62,773 nucleotides of DNA from IMG/VR virus record IMGVR_UViG_3300011921_000007, positions 1 to 62,773 of that record; one strand, 5' to 3'. This DNA is from a virus. Lineage: Duplodnaviria; Caudoviricetes. The notes below the pieces were generated by a model, which was not told where the DNA came from, searched no databases, and saw only the letters and a list, made by a program, of their open reading frames with translations. Below, one piece after another: positions 1 to 9,073 of this stretch (the first letter of the stretch is position 1; each line of letters begins with the position of its first letter). A program made the position numbers and the translations under genes.

Positions 1-861
1 GATTGCTTCCTCTTCGTCCGCCACTGGTGCGGCTACTGGTTGAAAGCCCGATGCTTTTGGTTGCTCTACCGGAGCAGGTGCCGCCACAGGTGCCGCAATA
101 GCTGGAGCAGGTGCAGGAGCCGCTTTAGCCGCCGCGTCTGTTTGGTACGCATTCAAACCAATTGCTTGTTCAGCTTCAGGAGTATCTGATTGACGGTCTA
201 CGATAGCTTGCTCATTCTCTTCCAAGAAACGCACTGGTGAGAACACCAATTTAGGAGTAGAGGAATCTGTATCGAATTCCATTTTCGTTATCACTGAATC
301 AACACCCACACGGTTACCGTGCAACATACGTGCATAGGCTTCTAATGGTAGTTGTTGTGTGCCTTGACCGCGACCAAAGATAGATGTAGCAGGTAAGATA
401 ACTTGGTACACATCACCTGACATATCACCTTCAAGCACAACAGCTAGACGACGTTGGTAACGACACGCACGTGAATCATTGTTGCCGGAACCCGCGATGT
501 TTTGTGGGCATGTAGCGCATGATGCCGCTTGTGGCGATTTAGTACCTGGGTTAGGTCGCACACCGTCTGTTGATGAACATGTAGGGGCTGACGCTTGACC
601 ACGGACATACGGTACTGATGGGTCGTAGAATATACGACTGTTCGCTGGTGCAGTGCTAACGATAGCTACATTCATTGAACGGTCTGTGTTCTTCGCAATC
701 TCTTTACCGCCAACCATCATGCGGAATACACCGCCTTCGATTGAGATACGTTTGGAAGTAGTACCTGTACCAGCCAGCGCTAAGGTTGCTTTACTTAACT
801 CACGGTTAGCGATGTGGGCGGGTACTGCATTACCACTGAATAATGTTAAATCTGTTGCCAT
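1..861 (-). CDS. Putative ssDNA-binding/recombination protein (3' end runs off window)
   Basis: Not in ORF track. ATG at 861 after AGGAG; open for 287 codons (MATDLTLFSGNAVPAHIANRELSK...CATCPQNIAGSG...ACRYQRRLAV...) with Ala/Pro-rich then acidic tail; sits in replication module. Confidence 0.6.
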   Translation of the reverse strand, partial: MATDLTLFSGNAVPAHIANRELSKATLALAGTGTTSKRISIEGGVFRMMVGGKEIAKNTDRSMNVAIVSTAPANSRIFYDPSVPYVRGQASAPTCSSTDGVRPNPGTKSPQAASCATCPQNIAGSGNNDSRACRYQRRLAVVLEGDMSGDVYQVILPATSIFGRGQGTQQLPLEAYARMLHGNRVGVDSVITKMEFDTDSSTPKLVFSPVRFLEENEQAIVDRQSDTPEAEQAIGLNAYQTDAAAKAAPAPAPAIAAPVAAPAPVEQPKASGFQPVAAPVADEEEAI

Positions 862-872
862 TTCATTCTCCT

Positions 873-1061
873 TTATTGACTAAGTTTAGATTCGATGTAG
901 GCATCTAAATCTGTCTTGCGGTACAACACACGAGCACCTAACTTAACATAGGCTGGGCCACTGTTATCTTTTCGCATACGGGCTAATGTAGCCGTACTTA
1001 ATTGGATGTACTTAGATGCCTGCTCAATATTTAACAACGGCGTTTCTTGAACGTCACTCAT
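873..1061 (-). CDS. Excisionase-like/MerR-type HTH DNA-binding protein
   Basis: LLNIEQASKYIQLSTATLARMR...GPAYVKLGARVLYRKTDLDAYI is the typical HTH_17/AlpA pattern. Confidence 0.8.
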   Translation of the reverse strand: MSDVQETPLLNIEQASKYIQLSTATLARMRKDNSGPAYVKLGARVLYRKTDLDAYIESKLSQ

Positions 1062-1457
1062 TTAAAGCTCCTTCTTTGTTGATGGTTTACGGATTGTAAT
1101 CCCATACTCTCGGTCGATGTTCAGACTAGGTGGGAAATCATTTGGGTGCGCGGCAATCCAATCACGCATGTTTGTTTCATGGATACGTTGTTGAAGTAAC
1201 CCGACCGCACCGTGCTCAATAATGTATTGATGCAATGCCGCCCAGTCATTCGACCAGTACCTATCTTTAACACCTTTTGTAACAGTTCCGCTGTCCGTAC
1301 GCACTGATTCTAGTTTTTGTTCCTTCATCATTTCTAAAATCGTATTACGTACTTCTTGGCGCTGTTCTTCTATTTCGTCTATCTTGGCTTGGTGTTCAGC
1401 CATCGCAATTTCCATCTTACGATGGATAGCGACTAATTGGTCAATCGTAACTGACAT
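1062..1457 (-). CDS. Hypothetical phage protein (N-terminal coiled coil)
   Basis: 131-aa ORF tightly packed in replication operon. Confidence 0.7.
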   Translation of the reverse strand: MSVTIDQLVAIHRKMEIAMAEHQAKIDEIEEQRQEVRNTILEMMKEQKLESVRTDSGTVTKGVKDRYWSNDWAALHQYIIEHGAVGLLQQRIHETNMRDWIAAHPNDFPPSLNIDREYGITIRKPSTKKEL

Positions 1458-1460
1458 AGC

Positions 1461-1685
1461 TTACCCCTTACTCATCTGAGAACGCATGACACTTAATACA
1501 GCATTCGAAAAATGGAAGTTGTATTGAAGTTGCGGCCCGATGGCAGTCATAATATCTGAAGCAATTCCAGCCTGTTCACCACTATGTAGTACCCTGCGGA
1601 GCGCTTCAAACACACGGTTATCTATTTCTTTTTCTAACAACAATGCAGCGTTGGCACTGTCTTGGTCTATCCCATTAACTGACAT
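1461..1685 (-). CDS. Hypothetical protein
   Basis: AAGGAG RBS; first gene after promoter at 1716-1744. Confidence 0.65.
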   Translation of the reverse strand: MSVNGIDQDSANAALLLEKEIDNRVFEALRRVLHSGEQAGIASDIMTAIGPQLQYNFHFSNAVLSVMRSQMSKG

Positions 1686-1715
1686 ATCATTCTCCTTATA
1701 TAAACAGCAGTAACT

Positions 1716-1744
1716 ATTGTACAGACATCATACAGAGTCGTCAA
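1716..1744 (-). promoter_or_regulatory. Sigma70-type promoter
   Basis: Minus strand TTGACG-17 nt-TACAAT. Confidence 0.7.
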
Positions 1745-1749
1745 CTGTT

Positions 1750-3315
1750 TTATTCGGTCTTGTCAGTTAATATGTTGTTATATAAATCAATCAGTTGGTT
1801 GTGGGAGTCAACCTTGCCGTTCAGCATGGTATACATATGGCTCTCCGCAGGGCTACCTTGAATCATTATTACAGTAACCTTATGGTCTTGCCCTTTACGA
1901 TGTGCACGTGCATTAGCCTGTAGGTAGGTCTCAACGCTTGACGTCGGTCCAAACCATACGACCGTATTCGCCGCAGTTAAAGTAATGCCATGTGCCGCCG
2001 CCTGTGGTTGGATAATCAGTACACGTGGGTCAGGCAGTTCTTGGAAGTTCTGTATGTGCGTAGCGCGTTTGTTAGCCGATACTGCTCCGTTAATTACCGC
2101 ATTGGTTATTTTCTTTTTAGTTAGATACTGCTCAATCACTTCAATCGTATGGGTAAACGGTGCGAACACAATGACCTTCTTAAGGCTCTCGTCAATCACA
2201 GCTTCCAGTTCTGCCAATCGATTGCTGATGTCAAAGTAAAGCGGAGCGCCATCGTCTGAGTACACTGCACCGCATGAAATCTGTAGTAGTTTGTTTAGCT
2301 TAGCCGCCGCATTGACAGCACTGACTGATTCACCCGCCGCTTCAATAAGTAACTGCTTCCTCAAAACATCGTAGTACTTAGATTGTTGCGGGGTCATCGG
2401 CACCTCACGGGTTTCGTATGTGATGTCGGGTAGGTCTAAGCATTCTTCTTTGGTAAAACGGATAGCCGGTTGCAGTGCCTTGAATACAATGTCTTTTGCG
2501 CGTGGGCGTGGTATCCATTTGAACGTACTAATCTTCTGCATGACTAGGTCTTTCCATCCGCTCATGAAGGCTGGCACGTTGTGTGGGCTGACTAACTTAG
2601 CCAAGCCGTAGGCGTCTTCGGGGGATTGTGCCGCTGGCGTACCTGTCATTAAGACTAGGCGGGTTTCGGGTTTGACCAGTTGTTTAAACGCTTTCCATCT
2701 ACGGGTCTGTGTGGACTTCAACGCATTCGCTTCGTCGACAATGATGCAGTCAAAGTTAGCATCTTTTAATTCTTGTAGTACGATTTCAATCCCGTCAAAG
2801 TTTAGTATTACAAACTCGTAATTACCTTCAATGATTGAACGTCGTGACTTGGGGGTACCGTGGGCAATGCCTACTGAACGATGGGGTAGCACAGAAAACA
2901 AATCACGTTGCCATGCTGCTTTCATAATAGACAATGGGCAGACGACTAACACTCTTTTGACCTTACCTTTGGCCATCAAGTAGTCTACTGCCCATGCCGC
3001 GCTTGCTGTCTTACCGACACCTTGTTCGTTGAAAACAAAGCACTTGTGATTGTTAACTATAAAACCAGCGGTCTCTTTTTGGTGAGCCATTGGTTTGAAC
3101 TTGCCTGCCCATCTGTATACTTTATCAATAACGGACGGTACTTTTTTTAACCCTAGTTTAGTTAGGGCACAGGCATTATCAAAATCCCACTTAACCATTA
3201 GTTCGTATATACCTTCGGACACTTCGCCTAGGTTCACGCTATTTGGCATTACATCAGTAAAACGTTTGGGGTTCCTTACAGTTACAAGAAGCGCCTTGTT
3301 GTCTACTATCTCCAT
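1750..3315 (-). CDS. SNF2-family (SF2) helicase
   Basis: Walker A EQGVGKT, DEAN box, MTGTP, HGITL...QANARAHRKGQ motif VI. Confidence 0.92.
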   Translation of the reverse strand: MEIVDNKALLVTVRNPKRFTDVMPNSVNLGEVSEGIYELMVKWDFDNACALTKLGLKKVPSVIDKVYRWAGKFKPMAHQKETAGFIVNNHKCFVFNEQGVGKTASAAWAVDYLMAKGKVKRVLVVCPLSIMKAAWQRDLFSVLPHRSVGIAHGTPKSRRSIIEGNYEFVILNFDGIEIVLQELKDANFDCIIVDEANALKSTQTRRWKAFKQLVKPETRLVLMTGTPAAQSPEDAYGLAKLVSPHNVPAFMSGWKDLVMQKISTFKWIPRPRAKDIVFKALQPAIRFTKEECLDLPDITYETREVPMTPQQSKYYDVLRKQLLIEAAGESVSAVNAAAKLNKLLQISCGAVYSDDGAPLYFDISNRLAELEAVIDESLKKVIVFAPFTHTIEVIEQYLTKKKITNAVINGAVSANKRATHIQNFQELPDPRVLIIQPQAAAHGITLTAANTVVWFGPTSSVETYLQANARAHRKGQDHKVTVIMIQGSPAESHMYTMLNGKVDSHNQLIDLYNNILTDKTE

Positions 3316-3590
3316 TACTTCCCTTTCTTTTCTCCTTTTTTATGGAGATTTTTCTTTTCGTTTGCATTAACTGAAGTTAACTTCAGGTTACTTCGTGTGG
3401 ATGTACCACCACTTTCAAGTGGTTTTACGTGGTCTATCTGTTTACCTTTACGGTCGATTCCAAGTTTATCATACATTCGTCTTGCTTTGGCACGTTCGGT
3501 GTTCTTTTTATTTTCACCTGTGCGCTTTTGGTATTCCCATTCGCGTTTCCATTCCGGGTCACCTTTGGGTAGGTTTGCTTTTCTAGGCAT
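3315..3590 (-). CDS. Small HNH-like endonuclease
   Basis: IDHVKPLESGG...SNL...NEKKN beta-beta-alpha-Me pattern. Confidence 0.7.
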   Translation of the reverse strand: MPRKANLPKGDPEWKREWEYQKRTGENKKNTERAKARRMYDKLGIDRKGKQIDHVKPLESGGTSTRSNLKLTSVNANEKKNLHKKGEKKGK

Positions 3591-4263
3591 ATTTTGATTT
3601 CCTTATTCGTCTATCTTTAGTGTTATGAGGGCATGTTGTTACTTCACACCATCCACATAGCCCAGTCGGATTTTCATGGTACATGTTCATAGCGGCGGCT
3701 TGTTCCATTGTTTCTACTTTAGCCAGCCACTGTTTCCATTTAGGCTTCGCGTCTTTTTTGTGGTATTCAGCAGTCACTACTTTATCATGAACGATGAATA
3801 ATAGGGCGGCTTTTACGTGCTCCACTTCGGGGAAGTATCTGAATATCATCAGTGCCATAAGCTCCAGCTGGTCAGTGTCGGGGTACTTCGCACTGCCTGT
3901 TTTATAGTCACCTATGTACGCACGTTTCTTCTCTTTGTCTACCACCACAATGTCAGCGATACCACGTATGAAAACATCCTCACCTAAGAACTCACACGGA
4001 TTAAGGTTATCGTCCAACGCCATTTCAAACTCAGTTAGCTTCTCACCTTCCAAAGCTAGGATTGAATCGGCAATGGGTTGGAACCTAGTATGCGGACCTA
4101 ACGGCTTGTTCTCGCCAATATAATCTTCAAGCGCCTTATGCACATCCTTGCCGTACATGATGGCTTCCGTTTCGGGAAACGGCCAGTTCTTTAGTATCCG
4201 TGTTTCGTAATACTGACGTTGGCAGTTCTTGAATGCTTTTATTGCCGAGTAACTATATGCCAT
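3583..4263 (-). CDS. PD-(D/E)XK (Cas4/RecB-like) exonuclease
   Basis: SYS...C N-terminus, RGIAD, DYKTG, QLELMA, C-terminal CGWC...C. Confidence 0.88.
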   Translation of the reverse strand: MAYSYSAIKAFKNCQRQYYETRILKNWPFPETEAIMYGKDVHKALEDYIGENKPLGPHTRFQPIADSILALEGEKLTEFEMALDDNLNPCEFLGEDVFIRGIADIVVVDKEKKRAYIGDYKTGSAKYPDTDQLELMALMIFRYFPEVEHVKAALLFIVHDKVVTAEYHKKDAKPKWKQWLAKVETMEQAAAMNMYHENPTGLCGWCEVTTCPHNTKDRRIRKSKYA

Positions 4264-4271
4264 AGACTTCC

Positions 4272-6131
4272 TTATTTAGCGCTTCCGTACCGTTTACCCG
4301 AACCGACTTCACAATCAAGTGGTAGGTCAGGAGCCCACGCTGGCGGGGTTCTCATCATTTTAGTGATATATGCCTTTGCTTCTTCCACTTCACCGTCGGG
4401 TACCACACATATTACCTCATCGTGCACTAACCCCGCAACCTGATACCGCTTGTTAATGTTGATGGTATGCTCAGCCATTATGTCCCGTGCTAGGCTTTGG
4501 GTAACGCGCTGAAACACCTTCGAGCCATAGACCTTGTCCTTCATCGTTGCACGACCACGACGTACATCGTAGTGCCACTCACTGCCTTTAGCACCGAAGC
4601 TCTCAGTCAAGTTAGGATAGGGTAACGTCAAGCCATTAGGTTTAACAATCCCAGCAGACCCAAGCACAGGCAAGAAGCCATACACAGTATGCGACTCGTT
4701 GTTCTTAATCCAATCCAGTACATGCCCACCTTCGCGCCACGCATCAGCGACGTTAGTGTTCTTCTCACGGTACAAAGACTTCAAGCGTTCTGCTTCCACC
4801 TCGGATACGGTAGTCTTGCCCTTGCTTTGTATACGGATAGTTTCACGTAGCTTCAATGCACCTGTACCGTAGATTAGTGATAGGCAACATACCTTTGCAA
4901 TGAACCGCTCGTTGCTGTCCTTCCCAATCTTTTTGTAGTCCAAGTTAAACGCTTCTGATGCAAACACACGGTACAAGTCCATGCCCTGTTTAATCTGCTC
5001 TACTGCATCGTGCTGACCTGCCAACCACATACCCAAACGTAGCTCAATGTTGCTTAAGTCGGCTACTACTAACTGATACCCATCGGGCGCCATAATAGCT
5101 TTACGTAAGGTTGAACCACGTGGTAAGTTCTGTGGGTTGGTGTCATAGCCCGACCAGCGGTGTGTAATCATCGCACCCGAATACTTCAACGAGAATGGGT
5201 AGGTACCACGCCCAGCGATATCGGCATAGGCTTCTGTTCTTGTCTCACCAATGGTCGACTTGTTAGCCAAGCGCGTTGCTACTAATGTAGCAATCAAAGG
5301 GTCTTCGCTGTCCATAAGGTCTGTGAACTCCTCGTCGGTCTTAGCAAATGCCCATGCTTCTTTACCTGTCTTGTCACTCACCTTGGTAGGCGGCTCAACA
5401 CCACGCGACTTAAGTAACTCTGCAAACTTGTCGTTGCTCATCAGTTGCTTCTTAAGGTCGTCTTCATTCTTAACCCCAAGCAAGTGCATCAGTGTCACCA
5501 ATGAACCGCGTTTGTCCGCACGTATCTGCATCAAGTCTTCCACCAATAGTCTTTCGTCTAGCTCTAGGGTAGGCTCGGCAAACATACGGATAGTCAAGTC
5601 AACCACACGTAGCTCGCCCTTGGGGAAGTTAGGTAGCATTTTGTTAAAGATGTTATAGCACAGCTCCACGTCGTGTGAGCAGTAGGTGCCGTAGTCTTCA
5701 AGCTCTAGGGGCGAGAAGTCTTTGCGATGGTAGCCGATGTACTGCTTGACCTGTTCACCCTTGTCCACCTCGTTGTATAGCTTGGCTAGGTTAGCTAGGC
5801 TGACCGACTGTTCTAACCCGTGCATAGCCATAGCCATACTCATGGTATCCAAGTAGCCTGCGGGTTTAATTCCGAATCGCCAGTTGAGGATAGCCGCATC
5901 GAATGCAGTGTTCTGTGCGAGCAGTAAGTGGTCATCCCAAGGCAATGAATCCAAGTGCGCCTTAAGTTCTTTGTATGTACCCGTCACCCATACAATCGGG
6001 CCATCGTCTACCTTGGTGGATACACCAATCACTTCAAACTGTTTACCGCGTATGTATTCTTCTGTTGTAATCTTTGAAAGGCTAAAGTCTTTATCGTAGT
6101 ACGTTTCAAAATCCAGCGTTATGTATTTCAT
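4272..6131 (-). CDS. polA: Family A DNA polymerase with 3'-5' exonuclease
   Basis: ExoI DFET, NPQNLP, motif A DLSNIELR, motif B KVCCLSLIYG, motif C VHDE. Confidence 0.95.
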   Translation of the reverse strand: MKYITLDFETYYDKDFSLSKITTEEYIRGKQFEVIGVSTKVDDGPIVWVTGTYKELKAHLDSLPWDDHLLLAQNTAFDAAILNWRFGIKPAGYLDTMSMAMAMHGLEQSVSLANLAKLYNEVDKGEQVKQYIGYHRKDFSPLELEDYGTYCSHDVELCYNIFNKMLPNFPKGELRVVDLTIRMFAEPTLELDERLLVEDLMQIRADKRGSLVTLMHLLGVKNEDDLKKQLMSNDKFAELLKSRGVEPPTKVSDKTGKEAWAFAKTDEEFTDLMDSEDPLIATLVATRLANKSTIGETRTEAYADIAGRGTYPFSLKYSGAMITHRWSGYDTNPQNLPRGSTLRKAIMAPDGYQLVVADLSNIELRLGMWLAGQHDAVEQIKQGMDLYRVFASEAFNLDYKKIGKDSNERFIAKVCCLSLIYGTGALKLRETIRIQSKGKTTVSEVEAERLKSLYREKNTNVADAWREGGHVLDWIKNNESHTVYGFLPVLGSAGIVKPNGLTLPYPNLTESFGAKGSEWHYDVRRGRATMKDKVYGSKVFQRVTQSLARDIMAEHTININKRYQVAGLVHDEVICVVPDGEVEEAKAYITKMMRTPPAWAPDLPLDCEVGSGKRYGSAK

Positions 6132-6520
6132 TTTCTAGCCTGCCCTGCATTGTATTTAGCCATTTCTGCTTTCATCTCTTTAATATCACGTTCACTGAGT
6201 GTTTCCTTACCTATTGCTAACGAAGCGGATGTAAGTTGACGAGCGGTAGCACTAGCATAAGCGCTATTATCCAAAGCAATACTGTACCCGTCTGTCATTT
6301 TGCCTGTGATAAGTACTTCGTGGAAGCGGTCATCCCACATCCTCAATAGTTCTTCTTGTTGGGTTTCTTTGAACGCTGAATTAAGGTGCGCTTTTTGTTC
6401 ATCAGTAAGTAAACCTACTTCATTTATTAGGGCAGTGCGTAATCTATCCCAATAGTGCTGGTGTTCGGGCTTCTCGCGACGCATTTGAATAAGCGCGTCG
6501 ATACGTTGTTGCATTTCCAT
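6128..6520 (-). CDS. Hypothetical protein
   Basis: AGGAG RBS; stop overlaps polA start. Confidence 0.65.
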   Translation of the reverse strand: MEMQQRIDALIQMRREKPEHQHYWDRLRTALINEVGLLTDEQKAHLNSAFKETQQEELLRMWDDRFHEVLITGKMTDGYSIALDNSAYASATARQLTSASLAIGKETLSERDIKEMKAEMAKYNAGQARK

Positions 6521-6529
6521 ATCATTCTC

Positions 6530-6754
6530 CTAGATAATCCAAAATATGTTTTCACCGATTCGCACCCCAAGCTCCTCGGTAATTGATTGGTCGTTCTTAC
6601 TTGTCCACATTAGTTGCTTTACTTTATTGCGTAGGTCAACAGGCATCCCTTCTAAACTTTTATAATATGTGGGCTTACCTATGTTGCCTATTGTGTCGGT
6701 ACTTTCGACTTTGTACTTGTGGTCGTCTATCTTGTACACCACTTGACTAAACAT
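6530..6754 (-). CDS. Hypothetical protein
   Basis: In-operon ORF with GGAGAAGG RBS. Confidence 0.6.
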   Translation of the reverse strand: MFSQVVYKIDDHKYKVESTDTIGNIGKPTYYKSLEGMPVDLRNKVKQLMWTSKNDQSITEELGVRIGENIFWII

Positions 6755-6949
6755 CTACCTTCTCCTTCTTAATTCCCAGTCCTCTTGACAGTCTTTATTG
6801 CACCAGCGTTTGCTAATGTCCAACGGCTCATAGCAGTTTAAACATTCACCTGTAGCCTCTGCTTCTAACATGGGTTTCTTAGTATACTTGCGACGGATGA
6901 CTTCGTCCAGCTCTGATTGCGCTTGTGCTAAATCTGCATCGTCACTCAT
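6755..6949 (-). CDS. DksA/TraR-like C4 zinc-finger protein
   Basis: MSDDADLAQ N-terminus and CLNC...WCNKDCQ; start moved to ATG 6949. Confidence 0.65.
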   Translation of the reverse strand: MSDDADLAQAQSELDEVIRRKYTKKPMLEAEATGECLNCYEPLDISKRWCNKDCQEDWELRRRR

Positions 6950-7187
6950 TGTAGTGTAGCCCCTCATTACCGTTCTGCCCTATGGTATCGAGCCTTGATT
7001 CATCCCAGTTAAGCGGGCAGCTCGTCCATGCGCATTCCTTAGTGCCAGCTAAGCTCTTACCACACACGTTACACAGTGGGTCTTTTGTTTTCTTACCAAA
7101 GATTAAATCGAAGTTGTCCTCAGCTTCTTTACTGAATACACCTTTTGTTTGTATCTTATCGCCTGTTACGTCGTTACGACTTGCCAT
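6942..7187 (-). CDS. Hypothetical protein with CxxC...C...C
   Basis: MASRNDVTGDKIQTK...CNVCG...CAWTSC; overlaps next gene. Confidence 0.6.
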   Translation of the reverse strand: MASRNDVTGDKIQTKGVFSKEAEDNFDLIFGKKTKDPLCNVCGKSLAGTKECAWTSCPLNWDESRLDTIGQNGNEGLHYNE

Positions 7188-7225
7188 ATATTGCCCTTAT
7201 AAAAATGCCATGCGAAAGTATATAG

Positions 7226-7522
7226 CTAATCAATGATTGCATCTAGTACCGTCCTAACTACTTGGATGTTGTCTTCGTTTATAACCATAGTCCGACCACC
7301 AGCCGATTCAATCTTTTCTAACTCACGGTCTTGCAGTGCAGTCGTTGTGTTCTTACCAGCCTTACACTCAATGCCTATGAAGTGCCCTTTGAAGCACGCG
7401 ACGATGTCAGGCACCCCACTGCGGCCGAAGCCGCCCGTGGCGGGGTAAAAATAATACACGTTGTAAGCGTCCAGTATCTTAGCTACTTCGCGCTTAACTT
7501 TCTTTTCAGGTGTTGCCGCCAT
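7226..7522 (-). CDS. VRR-NUC domain nuclease (resolvase-like)
   Basis: TPEKKVK...GVPDI...IECKAG...LQ pattern; start moved to ATG 7522. Confidence 0.85.
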   Translation of the reverse strand: MAATPEKKVKREVAKILDAYNVYYFYPATGGFGRSGVPDIVACFKGHFIGIECKAGKNTTTALQDRELEKIESAGGRTMVINEDNIQVVRTVLDAIID

Positions 7523-7523
7523 A

Positions 7524-7700
7524 CTAATTCGCCACCTCTTCGCCATGTAGGTCAAGCTCGTCGATGTCTATCTCTGATTCATTACCGCTAGGTAGCTTAC
7601 CTATAATGGTGGTTGGGAAATGCCCTGTCTTAAGTACTTCAACAACACATTCGCCTTTCTTCCACCATACCCACTTAGGCATCGTACGTTTACTTTTCAT
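7524..7700 (-). CDS. Hypothetical protein (58 aa)
   Basis: Not in track; MKSKRTMPKWVWWRKGECVVEVLKTGHFP..., AAGGA RBS, fills operon gap. Confidence 0.55.
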   Translation of the reverse strand: MKSKRTMPKWVWWKKGECVVEVLKTGHFPTTIIGKLPSGNESEIDIDELDLHGEEVAN

Positions 7701-7701
7701 A

Positions 7702-7872
7702 TTAGTGTCCTTTAGGTTGTCTGAATCCGTTTGGTACTTGCCCAGCGGTTAGGTCTTGCATCACTAGCAACAGCTTCTCAAGTACCTTTTCGTGGTCGTC
7801 AAGCCTAGCTTGCATGTTTACCAGCCCTACATGCATAGCCTTCAATGCTTCTTCTATTTGTTCTTGTGTCAT
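7702..7872 (-). CDS. Hypothetical coiled-coil protein (56 aa)
   Basis: Not in track; MTQEQIEEALKAMHVGLVNMQARLDDHEK..., AAGGGG RBS. Confidence 0.55.
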   Translation of the reverse strand: MTQEQIEEALKAMHVGLVNMQARLDDHEKVLEKLLLVMQDLTAGQVPNGFRQPKGH

Positions 7873-7884
7873 GGTTGTTGCCCC

Positions 7885-8079
7885 TTATAGTTTCTGTAGT
7901 CGTTCAAGTTCAGCTTTCGCATAGAACAGTATCTTTTTAATACCGCGTATCTCATCGCTATGCGATGCTTGTCCGTACCGGTAGCACTCACGGAATACCT
8001 CACCGATTTGTGCGTTAAGGTCTAGGTCGCTTATAAGATGTTGTAATTCTGTGTTGTTGCTGTCTATCTTGTGTTGCAT
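7885..8079 (-). CDS. DUF3310/SaV-like protein, downstream copy
   Basis: ELQHLIS...NAQIGEVFRECYRYG...KKILFYAKAELERL; paralogous to 8436-8816. Confidence 0.6.
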   Translation of the reverse strand: MQHKIDSNNTELQHLISDLDLNAQIGEVFRECYRYGQASHSDEIRGIKKILFYAKAELERLQKL

Positions 8080-8482
8080 ATGTTTTTTCCCTATGGCAAT
8101 TAGCGCAAAGTAACTCGCATTTATTTATTTCGTATAGTATTGCTTTCTTACTATACCCCATCATTTTTGCAATACACATAGTCTTAGTACTTGGGTCTAT
8201 GTGGTCAAAGTCCGTCACATAGTAGGGGTAATGCACACCACATTTTGCGCATGGCGTTTTGTTTTTTAACTCTTGGTACCAAACCCTGTTACCAGCTCGA
8301 TGGTTTCTATTCCTATCCAAGTAGTAGGTTGTATTGTTTGCGTATTGTATTTTTTGCTTTTTATTTAAGCATACTTTACAAGCCGCTTGTTTTTTTCCTA
8401 GCCTATTTCCATATTGCTCCTCTGATTTTATTTCTTTACATTGGGTACATTGCTTCAAGCCGTTTTCGTTCGTATTCTGCAT
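8015..8482 (-). CDS. HNH homing endonuclease
   Basis: CTQC...CKVC finger, CAKCG...DFDHIDP...KCELLCANCHR; start moved to ATG 8482. Confidence 0.85.
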   Translation of the reverse strand: MQNTNENGLKQCTQCKEIKSEEQYGNRLGKKQAACKVCLNKKQKIQYANNTTYYLDRNRNHRAGNRVWYQELKNKTPCAKCGVHYPYYVTDFDHIDPSTKTMCIAKMMGYSKKAILYEINKCELLCANCHREKTYATQDRQQQHRITTSYKRPRP

Positions 8483-8816
8483 GTTTAATAATACCTTTAA
8501 CAATATTAATTCGTGACTGCACGCTTTGTGCTTCACCATGCTCACAGCATAACACAAATATACTACCCACACTATAGTTCATGTTCTTTGCGCTAATCAA
8601 GTCTTGCAACTCGCTAGCATTGTTTGGTAGTTCATAGTACGATGCAGTAGACCCATCACTGCGTACCTGCTTCTTAAGTGCTTCATCCCTCGCGTCCATC
8701 TGTGCATACACACCTGCCTTTAATGAGGGGTTATTTAATATCTGTTCCCCGTAAAGACCGTTGCGGATTCTATCATCATGCTCTTCTTTTATCATGTCGC
8801 TCATTCCGTCGCTCAT
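8436..8816 (-). CDS. DUF3310/SaV-like protein, upstream copy
   Basis: KKQVRSDGSTASYYELP...ELQDLISAKNMN; AGGAG RBS. Confidence 0.6.
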   Translation of the reverse strand: MSDGMSDMIKEEHDDRIRNGLYGEQILNNPSLKAGVYAQMDARDEALKKQVRSDGSTASYYELPNNASELQDLISAKNMNYSVGSIFVLCCEHGEAQSVQSRINIVKGIIKHAEYERKRLEAMYPM

Positions 8817-8884
8817 TCCATTCTCCTAATAAAAACATACATATCATACCCAACCCGAAGGCTTGCCAGTAGCACTGAACGTAC

Positions 8885-9073
8885 TCAATCACTAAGTTTA
8901 CCATTGGCTCTGTCCCTCGCATCTCGTTCGGATTCTAATTGAAAGCGTAGGTATACATTCTCAACCAACTGACCTAAGTTATTGTTCGTCGTATTGGGTA
9001 CACTCAATACTATCCTACGCACTGCTTCCCCAAAGCTCTCACAGTTTTTTGTATCCAGCTTATCCATCACCAA
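8885..9073 (-). CDS. Hypothetical protein
   Basis: In-operon ORF with GGAG RBS. Confidence 0.55.
   Translation of the reverse strand: MVMDKLDTKNCESFGEAVRRIVLSVPNTTNNNLGQLVENVYLRFQLESERDARDRANGKLSD

Noticed and set aside
873-1061. Evidence that the window is an integrated prophage
   Set aside because: Excisionase-like HTH alone is insufficient; no integrase, att site or host genes; gene order is consistent with a circularly permuted phage contig
8015-8482. Group I intron around the HNH
   Set aside because: HNH overlaps both flanking ORFs; no non-coding room or P7-like core seen
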